Below are positions 7,832-16,310 of a stretch of DNA of 64,000 nucleotides, piece after piece. Position 1 is the first letter of the stretch; every line of letters starts with the position of its first letter. Origin of the DNA: a virus; IMG/VR virus record IMGVR_UViG_3300042197_000731, positions 59,285-123,284 of that record; one strand, written 5' to 3'. The translations under genes and the position numbers were made by a program. The notes below the pieces were generated by a model. The model searched no databases. It was not told the DNA's origin and saw nothing but the letters and a program-made list of their open reading frames with translations.

Positions 7832-10219
7832 TTATTTTGGAGAAAACGTTATTATTAAATCATTTTCTTTGATTTCATTGGGTTTGACTTCGGTCAAAAA
7901 CCCATCTCTGTCTACGATTAAACTATGATCTTCTGTTACTGTTACTTGCTTTCCATTTTTGGTAGTTATACGATAAAGTTTCTTTTTTGTTTTATGCCGC
8001 ATAACATAACTGATTGAATAAGCATTGGGTTCCATTTGTTCAGCACTAAATCCAAGAACTTTAGTTTCGTTCCAAACTCCGTATTCTTTCTCGCCTACTT
8101 TTGAATGTTCTAGGCAATTCGCATATAAACTAGCAATAGTCATATCACCATCAGATGTTCTTATAATAGAATCTCCCGTAACACTGTCGCCATAAATTAC
8201 TGCTTTGCCCGTTAAATCATACTCGCCCGTTACAAGTTCGTTTAACTTAGAACCCATATGTTTTACGATTTGTCTACCGGATAGTGTAACGCTCTGGCCT
8301 ATACGCAAATCATAGAACCTACAATGCTTGTTAAGCAGGGCTCCGTATGCTGAATTAAGCAAAATTTTACGCACTAATTGACGTTTGTCCAGAAATTCTT
8401 GTTCTTCTTTGGTTTTTGCTTGCTTTAGTTTTGCTTGAACTTGTTTCCGTTCACTGTACCATCTGGTAAGTAGGCCCGGGATAACGCCTTCTTGTCCATA
8501 GGTGAATATAGTGCCATTAGCACTTAGCATCCATGGCTGATTGCTATCGTAGATCATATGCCAAATTTCAGCAGCACTGTATGTATCACTGACGCCACGC
8601 TCCCAATCTATAGTGATTAGAGTATCGCGTTCTTGGTTCATAACGGCGGTGTATTCAAGAGAGCCAAATAAGCCTTCCCATAGAATTGGACCTGTGATAT
8701 CCTTAGCAGTTTTGTTTCTTTTTTCTCGTGCTAATCTGGTCTTCTTATCTTCAATATATTGTTCTGTTAAGGTTTGTCTGAGTTGTCCAACGATTGTTTC
8801 TGGTGCCATGTTAATAGCGCGGATAACTGACGGGTATAGACTGTTGATGTCGCACGCCGCGACCCACTCGTGCATACCCCTTTTGGGCGTAGCAACAAAG
8901 GCACCGGCGGCAGTGATATCTTCTTCGTCATCATCTTCTTCATAAATTTCATCCTTAAGGTCAATTGTTTTGTTTTGAACGATTAGATTTCTATGATGGG
9001 CTTCATTAATAACAGCCTGCTCAATCATGGCCACGCTACCCATAACTGTTTTTAGCAGTACGGTATTTTCGTGAGCAAGTTGATTTGCCAGATCCAAGAA
9101 TTTTAACTTGGCATGAATTTTGTATACTAGTAGTGTGTCTTGGCGGTTATATTCAATGAATTTTCGCCAGTCACGATTGAACAATTGATCTAGTGTGCCT
9201 TCGTATTGAGTTTTGTTTTCTCCTACTTCCATTTCACCGATGTAGTCAAGTTTATAACTATGTCGTTGCTCGTAGTTATACTTCTTGTACAGTTGTAGAT
9301 AGTCCATATGAACACGACCAACTAGTTCATATGTAGTTTCTGTTTTGCCAAACTTGTTGATAATTTTTTGTCTGGGATGTTGATCAAATAAGCAAAATCT
9401 ACGGGTATCGTTCTTGCTCATGACCCTGGTTACTCTATTAACCATATAAGGTATATCGTAACTCTCACTGTTCCAGCCAGTAAGCACATCAGCATCATCA
9501 ATTAAGGCAAAGAAAGTCTCAAACATATCCACCTCATTGTCGAAGATGAATACATTATCAAAATCTTTTACCAATTCTTTTGCTGTATCAGCATCAATAT
9601 GTGCGGGAGGAATACACAATGTAACTAACTGTTCCAGCCAATCTAGATATAAGGTGATAGCCGTGACATCATTGAATGGATCTGTAGTAGGCGCAAATCC
9701 AGGGCCGAGTTTTAGATACTTACATGTGTACACGCTATCCCAACGAAGATTGTCTGGATCGTATACTTCACAATCATCCTTATTAAGAAGATGACTGAGT
9801 TCATGTACCGTTATTTTTGATGTCGTGCGCTTACTCTTTGAACGAGTTTCTACGATATGCGAGTTTGGATACGCATATGGCTGCATATTGACTTCAATGT
9901 CGAAGAACACTGTATGTAGTTTAGGTGCTGGACGATCTAGATAATTATCTGCTAGACATCTGAAAACTGGATTAACATCACTCTCAAACAATCGCTTATT
10001 TGATAGAATACGTTTTTCTTTTTGAAATTCACTTAACTTTCTGGTGTTGAATTTACTCAGGGCATCACCGTAAACACTACGATACTTGCCCTTGGGATCT
10101 TCCCAATATAAAACATAGTTCGTAGGATAATCCACATAGCGACGAACTCCACTATCGTCACGCTCAACTACGTGAATTATGTCCTTGTCTCGCTCAAGGA
10201 CAGCATCTACATAACTCAT
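7832..10219 (-). CDS. DNA polymerase B N-terminal half (3'-5' exonuclease and palm motifs A/B) fused to split-intein IntN
   Basis: FFDIEV, GWNSESYDIPY, YNRQD, DINSLYPS, KILLNSAYG, YGD|SVTGDS. Confidence 0.93.
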   Translation of the reverse strand: MSYVDAVLERDKDIIHVVERDDSGVRRYVDYPTNYVLYWEDPKGKYRSVYGDALSKFNTRKLSEFQKEKRILSNKRLFESDVNPVFRCLADNYLDRPAPKLHTVFFDIEVNMQPYAYPNSHIVETRSKSKRTTSKITVHELSHLLNKDDCEVYDPDNLRWDSVYTCKYLKLGPGFAPTTDPFNDVTAITLYLDWLEQLVTLCIPPAHIDADTAKELVKDFDNVFIFDNEVDMFETFFALIDDADVLTGWNSESYDIPYMVNRVTRVMSKNDTRRFCLFDQHPRQKIINKFGKTETTYELVGRVHMDYLQLYKKYNYEQRHSYKLDYIGEMEVGENKTQYEGTLDQLFNRDWRKFIEYNRQDTLLVYKIHAKLKFLDLANQLAHENTVLLKTVMGSVAMIEQAVINEAHHRNLIVQNKTIDLKDEIYEEDDDEEDITAAGAFVATPKRGMHEWVAACDINSLYPSVIRAINMAPETIVGQLRQTLTEQYIEDKKTRLAREKRNKTAKDITGPILWEGLFGSLEYTAVMNQERDTLITIDWERGVSDTYSAAEIWHMIYDSNQPWMLSANGTIFTYGQEGVIPGLLTRWYSERKQVQAKLKQAKTKEEQEFLDKRQLVRKILLNSAYGALLNKHCRFYDLRIGQSVTLSGRQIVKHMGSKLNELVTGEYDLTGKAVIYGDSVTGDSIIRTSDGDMTIASLYANCLEHSKVGEKEYGVWNETKVLGFSAEQMEPNAYSISYVMRHKTKKKLYRITTKNGKQVTVTEDHSLIVDRDGFLTEVKPNEIKENDLIITFSPK
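7835..8185 (-). mobile_element. split intein N-fragment (117 aa, Ser1)
   Basis: Starts SVTGDSII right after YGD; block B VTVTEDHSL; ends at the stop codon. Confidence 0.9.
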
Positions 10220-10485
10220 TACAGAGTTCGCCCTACTGTTTCTAGAATGGTATTTAGTTCTTCCATATCACGGTTTACTTCGGTCAACTTACTCTTATTT
10301 GCGACTTTGATAGCCTTCTTTAGAATAGATGGTTTGATCTCAAGTTCTTCTGCGATGGCTTTTACGGTCTCGTTAAGGCCAGCGTTTAGATCTTCTACTT
10401 CTTGAAGAACTTTGATTCCCTCGTTGATTAATTGGCTAAGTTTGATTTTGGCTTCATGATTAAATGTTCGATTGTAGTCACTCAT
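10219..10485 (-). CDS. dsDNA-binding protein (T4 DsbA-like)
   Basis: 88 aa from MSDYNRTF; helical ..VKAIAEELEIKPSILKKAIKVA pattern. Confidence 0.55.
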   Translation of the reverse strand: MSDYNRTFNHEAKIKLSQLINEGIKVLQEVEDLNAGLNETVKAIAEELEIKPSILKKAIKVANKSKLTEVNRDMEELNTILETVGRTL

Positions 10486-10786
10486 GTGAACAGAACTCCT
10501 GATGTTAGATGGTTTGTGTATTGTACGCTGAAGTTGATCAATCAATCAACGATTTTGGAAAAATGCCCCATTTTGAATAGAATGAGTAGCGAATTCATTG
10601 TACTATTGAGGTATGGGGCGACCTACTCGGTCCTAAGGCCAAGACTGTTAACCGATGATTAAGTATGTTAGATAATTAACATCGCTTTGATTTTCTAAAT
10701 CATCAGTATATTCAATTTTTTCTAAGACAAATTCTTTGCCTAGATTTTCTGTAGTATTTATAGTTTCTTCTGAGGTTGGAACAATA

Positions 10787-11230
10787 TTAGATTCGTTCAT
10801 TCAGTGTAGCCTTTAACATCCAACTATGTTTTTTATGGGCATCAATTCTATTCGCTAGGAAGTCACTTAATCCCACTTCGCCCTCACGTTCCGAAAGATC
10901 ATATACCATTTTAAAGATTTTAACGCACTTTTCACTATCTGAGAGTAGATCACTGATCATATCAAGGGCGGGTGGAACAATCAGTTCATCTTCTATTTGT
11001 GATAGCATACTAAGTCTTGTATAACTGCCAGGAGTATAACTTCCTAACTTTCTGATATTTTCAGCGAATGGATCTATGCTTTCAAAAACTTCTTCGTAAA
11101 TTTTTCCGAATAGTTTGTGATACTGAGAAAAGTCATTTCCTTCAACATTCCAATGGTAAAAATGCGCTTTCAAATAGAAACTAAATTCAGTACTGAATGC
11201 TATTTTCATTGCTTTAATTAACTCTTCCAT
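10787..11230 (-). CDS. dps: Dps / ferritin-like DNA protection protein
   Basis: KAHFYHWNVEG..F..YHKLF..IYEE...D..AE.IR..G; HKKHSWML. Confidence 0.92.
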   Translation of the reverse strand: MEELIKAMKIAFSTEFSFYLKAHFYHWNVEGNDFSQYHKLFGKIYEEVFESIDPFAENIRKLGSYTPGSYTRLSMLSQIEDELIVPPALDMISDLLSDSEKCVKIFKMVYDLSEREGEVGLSDFLANRIDAHKKHSWMLKATLNERI

Positions 11231-14200
11231 TATTTACTCCGTGATTTTTTATTTATTCTTTGACTTTTAGATAGTGAGCCAACTGGACTTACGGGATTAT
11301 CTACACCTATCGTTGCTGCTGATCCACTGTAACCTGCTTGATTTAACTCTTCTTCAGTGAGTGGTATACCAAATGCTCTAAATGCGTCTAATTTAGTGGA
11401 AGATGCGGAATCACCTGTAAGATACCAGCCACGAACATCACGGCGCATATTGAATTCGTTGATCAAGATTTTTTTATCTGTACCAACTACGTTGAAGTAT
11501 AGATTTTCATTGGTCTTTGATTTACCCCAATTACTTGCGCCACGTTTACGGCATTTGACTAGAGCGCCACTGGCATACGCACTTGGCCATACCTTATAAC
11601 GACTCTTGACTTTATAGTAGCAGGCATCCTTTTTCTCGGTCAACATATCAATATTGAACATAGGACCGCTACAGTGAGGACATGCTTCTTCTCTTAATGG
11701 AGAATTACTAACAAGTTTGTTTATTACTCGTAGTGTATTTGGACCTATTTTTCCATCTGGGTCTAGACCATTTTGACGCTGAAACTCTTTAATGGAATCA
11801 ACATCAGTTAAGCCTAGTTTTTGTATATTTTGCCGTTGAGTAGTTTGTTTTCTAATATTGTAGTCGGTATTACTACGATCACCTCTTGTTGCGCCAGATA
11901 GATAATTGTAGTATTCTCCTACTTTCATATCACGAAAATGTGGGTTACCTGCAAGTAATTGCTTTCTTTTTGCTTCTACTTTCGCTGGATTTCTGGAATC
12001 GTTTGGATTACGACTTTTCCAAGCGTCCATAAGAGTATCAATAACTGCTTTGTTGGGATCATTGCGTACACCGTCATATATATCTACCGCACCACGACCT
12101 CCTACGGCGTGTGCCATATATAAATTTACTTTGTCTGGCACGATGCCATTATTTTTTAGGACACTGGCATTTTCATTTGTTAATTCTTGTAGTAATCTAT
12201 TTTGAGTTGCTTGATCAAATTTTGTAGTTTTTGGATCAATGCCTGCTTTTCTAGCAAGATTTGCTAGTGTGCTTCCGACAAACTGATATGCGCCTACTGC
12301 GTTAGCATTGCTGTGATTATCAGATCTATACTTTTGAAAACGCATTACTTCATCAACGGACATGTCTGATAGTTTTTTAGCGCCGCCTAGATTTTCTTTA
12401 CTCCATTGTTCGGCAGTGAGTAATGGTGCACCGACGTTTGGCCCCTTATTCGCTTTTACTATATTAACAATTTGGCCATTTTGTACAACATCGCCAAATG
12501 CTATATCTGGATTTTTTTGAGATTCCGCTTTACCGATAGCGTCTACTATTTCTTCAGGTGGCGGTAGGGGCATACGTTGAATAACTCCAGTACTGCCCGT
12601 ATCGGGTCTGGATAAATCAGCCTCACCAGCATATCTAAGTTGTTCGGGTGTTAAATTTGATCTTAATTCCTGTTGTTGAGCTGGCTCTTGTTGTACCCGA
12701 GCATTTTGTGAAGCCCTATTTGGCGCGGATTGTGATGGCGGTTTAATGGGTTCACTGATTGAAGGTTGTGATTGTGCTTGATCTTCAGCATCACGTTGAG
12801 CCTGGCTCATTTGTTGTCGTGGTTCAACTTTGATGGCGGATGCAGAGGTAGTACTTCCTGTAAATGGTGGAAGATTAAGAGTTGCTCCAGCAAATATTTT
12901 ATTAGGATCTTTAATTTGCGGATTTAATCGCATTAACTCAGCAACAGTGACACCATTTTGTCTAGCAATTGTACTTAATGTATCACCACGTTCTATGGTC
13001 ATTGAGTTTGGTATAGCAGGTTCACTGATTGAAAGTTGTGATTGAGATTGATCTTCAGCATCACGTTGAGCCTGACTCATTTGTTGATTTATTTTTGGTG
13101 TTTCTGGTCTTTGTGTAAAAGATGGTGTGGTGCCCATATCAACCGCTGATTGTGATGGTCTTGATTGTGCCGGAGTTGATGGCCCACCTGGCAATGATGG
13201 TAATGGTAAATCTCCCATAGCAGGTGAAGAAGTACGATCATCATCAGCGCCGCCACCACTTAATGCGCTTGACGTGTCAGTTGATACACCAGTAGTTGGT
13301 GCTGATCTGACCGTTCCACTAGCAGTTGTTCCAGGTGGTCTGGCAATACTTGCTTCTGCTTTTTTAATTAATTCTTGATTTGTTACTTGTATACCGCCTG
13401 GATGATACCATTTGCCATCACGCTTTGTTAAATTTCCACCCAAACGCGATAAGCCTTGATCAATGATTCCAAGATTTGCTTGTTGGCTCGGTGTTTCTGG
13501 CTGTCGGCCAAGATCTCTGGCAGTTGGCTCTGGTTGATAATATTGACCAGTTCCGGCACGAGGCATTGCGCCGCGCCTAGGTTCAGTTGCTTTTCTTTGA
13601 ACTGAAGTTGATGCTGGTGTGACAGTAGTTGTAGGTGCTGCTGATTGTGTCCTACCGCCGGACTGTGCTGCTCTGTATTTTGCCCATTCCTCTGGTGGAG
13701 CATATATACTGGGTGTTCCAGGTTTTGGTTGATATGTAATAGTTGGTCCAGCGGCTAGTCTGTTTTTCGGAGCAGTAGTAGAACTGGGTTCTGGTTTAGG
13801 AGCAGCAGGTGAAGTGGCAACTCTTGTAGCAGCAGCCTGTCTAGCGGCAGCCCGAGCTGCAGCCGCAGGATCAACCTGTTGAACTGGAGATTGTACTCTA
13901 ACTTCAGTTGATGAAGTTTGAGATCTGGCACCTGGACCAGGTCCGGCACCAACAGAGGCAGCACTTAATCTGTTTCTTTGTGCTTGTGCTGCGGAATCAG
14001 TGCCTGTCGCACGAGCTTTGTTTTCAAATACATTTTTTAATGTTATCTCTTGATCTTCTTTTACTTTGGTGCTAACATTTATTGCTGCTCCACGGCGTTC
14101 TGGATTAGGATCCTCACGGCGTTTTTTACTAGCAGCACTGGCTCGACCTTTTTTACCTAGTGAGTGTGCTTTGCTGCGTGGCAAGCATTTTGGCTTACCT

Positions 14201-14385
14201 TCGCCCTCACTGCCACGCGCACACTCTCCTCGAATTTTTCCATCAGGCCCAAATCTTACCCATTTTTCTTTGAACCATTTTCTGAGATTTTCGGTAATGA
14301 CTTCACTTTCAACATCTTTGGCATGTATTAAATTTTCAGTGATGTTTACTTTTTTGTTACTGGAATAAAACTCATATAAATTCAT
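11230..14385 (-). CDS. modular virion-associated protein: basic micro-modules, low-complexity linker, LysM, lysozyme-like domain, peptidoglycan-binding domain
   Basis: LysM IERGDTLSTIARQNGVTVAELMRLNPQI; AESQ..AVGAYQF muramidase-like; FQRQNGLDPDGKIGPNT PG-binding; leader MNLYEF. Confidence 0.75.
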   Translation of the reverse strand: MNLYEFYSSNKKVNITENLIHAKDVESEVITENLRKWFKEKWVRFGPDGKIRGECARGSEGEGKPKCLPRSKAHSLGKKGRASAASKKRREDPNPERRGAAINVSTKVKEDQEITLKNVFENKARATGTDSAAQAQRNRLSAASVGAGPGPGARSQTSSTEVRVQSPVQQVDPAAAARAAARQAAATRVATSPAAPKPEPSSTTAPKNRLAAGPTITYQPKPGTPSIYAPPEEWAKYRAAQSGGRTQSAAPTTTVTPASTSVQRKATEPRRGAMPRAGTGQYYQPEPTARDLGRQPETPSQQANLGIIDQGLSRLGGNLTKRDGKWYHPGGIQVTNQELIKKAEASIARPPGTTASGTVRSAPTTGVSTDTSSALSGGGADDDRTSSPAMGDLPLPSLPGGPSTPAQSRPSQSAVDMGTTPSFTQRPETPKINQQMSQAQRDAEDQSQSQLSISEPAIPNSMTIERGDTLSTIARQNGVTVAELMRLNPQIKDPNKIFAGATLNLPPFTGSTTSASAIKVEPRQQMSQAQRDAEDQAQSQPSISEPIKPPSQSAPNRASQNARVQQEPAQQQELRSNLTPEQLRYAGEADLSRPDTGSTGVIQRMPLPPPEEIVDAIGKAESQKNPDIAFGDVVQNGQIVNIVKANKGPNVGAPLLTAEQWSKENLGGAKKLSDMSVDEVMRFQKYRSDNHSNANAVGAYQFVGSTLANLARKAGIDPKTTKFDQATQNRLLQELTNENASVLKNNGIVPDKVNLYMAHAVGGRGAVDIYDGVRNDPNKAVIDTLMDAWKSRNPNDSRNPAKVEAKRKQLLAGNPHFRDMKVGEYYNYLSGATRGDRSNTDYNIRKQTTQRQNIQKLGLTDVDSIKEFQRQNGLDPDGKIGPNTLRVINKLVSNSPLREEACPHCSGPMFNIDMLTEKKDACYYKVKSRYKVWPSAYASGALVKCRKRGASNWGKSKTNENLYFNVVGTDKKILINEFNMRRDVRGWYLTGDSASSTKLDAFRAFGIPLTEEELNQAGYSGSAATIGVDNPVSPVGSLSKSQRINKKSRSK
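12749..13086. repeat. 68-bp direct repeat pair (12749-12816, 13019-13086) flanking the LysM domain
   Basis: 64/68 identical; encodes QQMSQAQRDAEDQ(A/S)QSQ(P/L)SISEP. Confidence 0.9.
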
Positions 14386-14387
14386 GT

Positions 14388-14609
14388 TTATTTTCCTAAT
14401 TTGGCTAGATACGCAGCATTTGATAGAGAGTTTTTCAAATTACTTGCTGTTTGTGGAGTTTCGGCTGCTTTGGCTATTAATGGAGTAAGAGCACTCATGG
14501 CTTGTTGTTCTGGACCTGTGAGTGGTTTTTGATCATTTATTTTTACAACGGCACTGGCTGCCTGATTGATGTCAAGATTTGGGCCCAACACATTTTTTAA
14601 ACCACTCAT
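14388..14609 (-). CDS. hypothetical protein; probably the -1 frame extension of the upstream gene
   Basis: Frame is open upstream to the A14 tract at 14760-14773. Confidence 0.55.
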   Translation of the reverse strand: MSGLKNVLGPNLDINQAASAVVKINDQKPLTGPEQQAMSALTPLIAKAAETPQTASNLKNSLSNAAYLAKLGK

Positions 14610-14749
14610 TGTATTTTTGGCAGTGGCTATATCTACTTGTTGAGCACGTTTTTCAGCCCTTACATCCTTGGGTCCGGCGGTTGTTTGTTGTTGTGGACTA
14701 GTAGTTTGTTTAGTAGGATCTTGTGCGTTTGGTGTAGGTGGTGCCGCTT

Positions 14750-16306
14750 CTACCTTAAATTTTTTTTTTTTTTAGGAATATAGTTGTTTTCTACGATATC
14801 AAATCTATTATCTAGATAGTTTTCAAACTGCCTAGAAAGACGATTAACTATGTTATGTTTATTTTCTGCCATAGAACTTGTATTGCCTATATTTGATAGA
14901 GCAAAATTATTTCTGCTGCCAGTCGATGATATTTTATCTAATATCTTTACTGGAGGTACGCTACGCCCTGCTCCGGTACTACTCTGCGGCTGTGCTGGTA
15001 ATCTTGATGGTTCAACTTTTGGAGCACTTAACCCTGGCCCAGGGCCAGCACCAACGGAGGACCGTCCTAACTCAGTTCTATAATCTCGTGCTGAAGGAGC
15101 AACACCCATGGCGACAGCCTTACCAGTTCTTCTTTTCATGGTATCTTGACTAAAAGTTAATCCACTTGCGGGATCTACCGCGGCCGGTCTTACGCGAGTA
15201 GTTGCTCCTTGATACACTGAATCTGCTTCAGCACCTGCACTGGCATTGCCGATGTCGTATGATGTTATTGTATTCGGAGGTTTAACTGGAGATGCAACTG
15301 CTGCTGGTGCTGCTGAACTTACCGGTGCTACTGATGGAGTGGATATTGAAGAAGGAACAGAGGCATTGCCCGCAGCATCCGCCGCTGCGGCCATTCGATC
15401 CATGCGGGCTTCAAAATCTGATGGTAAAGCACTGGTTGTTTTAGAAGGATCGTATAATGAAACAGATTGTTTTAAACCAGAACCGTCCACTATCGCACCA
15501 CTTCCTCCTCTGGTAGTTGGGAATTTTTCAGGAGCAAGTTTTTCTTTCCCTAAAACGTCTCTAACAGTGTTTAGATTTTGTCTACCAAAATTAAGTTCTT
15601 GTGCTCTACGTTGAGCATCCGCATTTTTGAAGTAACTTACAGGTGGTTTTGGACCAGGCATTCTTTTTAGAATATCTGGATCTTGACGATTCGCACCACC
15701 TAGCCATTTTTCTTGTTCAGGTGTGAATGTAAATCCCTGATCATCTGGTTCATATGTTTTATATGGATCACGGGCTTTTAATTTTTCTGTTGTTCGTTTT
15801 AACCAATCATATTCGGATAACATTTCTTCTTCCATGCCTACCATTTTTCTTTCAACATCTTTGGCGGTATCAGTACCCTTTAGGTATCCAGGAAATTTAT
15901 TCATCTCAAGAGTAGGCTCAATAGATTTAGATGCTGCTGGTAATGGTCCACCTGGATCTTTTCTTTTACCAACAAATGATTGTTGTTTAGAAATATCGCC
16001 CAATTTTGGCTCTAATCTTCCATAAGGATCAACTGATGGCTTCGCTGCGGGAATTTCTTGTTTCAGCGTTGGAATTTTTTCTTGTGCTTGACTAATAGCC
16101 TGTCGTGTACTTTGGCCAGGTTGAACTTTAATTCTTGGTTTAACCGTGCCGCCTACTGCGCCCATTGGGGGAGCAATATCTTGTATTGGACTAAAATCAA
16201 ATTTAGGCTCAATACGTTGACCGCTAAAATCTCTGGCACCAGGTCTGAAGCCAACTTGTTCAGAAAGAATATCTAATTTGGATAGGATATTTTTAATGTC
16301 GCTCAT
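14750..16306 (-). CDS. low-complexity putative head/internal protein
   Basis: Start MSDIKNILSKLDILSE; many L/I-x-E sites; ends in a poly-A tract. Confidence 0.7.
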   Translation of the reverse strand: MSDIKNILSKLDILSEQVGFRPGARDFSGQRIEPKFDFSPIQDIAPPMGAVGGTVKPRIKVQPGQSTRQAISQAQEKIPTLKQEIPAAKPSVDPYGRLEPKLGDISKQQSFVGKRKDPGGPLPAASKSIEPTLEMNKFPGYLKGTDTAKDVERKMVGMEEEMLSEYDWLKRTTEKLKARDPYKTYEPDDQGFTFTPEQEKWLGGANRQDPDILKRMPGPKPPVSYFKNADAQRRAQELNFGRQNLNTVRDVLGKEKLAPEKFPTTRGGSGAIVDGSGLKQSVSLYDPSKTTSALPSDFEARMDRMAAAADAAGNASVPSSISTPSVAPVSSAAPAAVASPVKPPNTITSYDIGNASAGAEADSVYQGATTRVRPAAVDPASGLTFSQDTMKRRTGKAVAMGVAPSARDYRTELGRSSVGAGPGPGLSAPKVEPSRLPAQPQSSTGAGRSVPPVKILDKISSTGSRNNFALSNIGNTSSMAENKHNIVNRLSRQFENYLDNRFDIVENNYIPKKKKNLR

Positions 16307-16310
16307 GATT

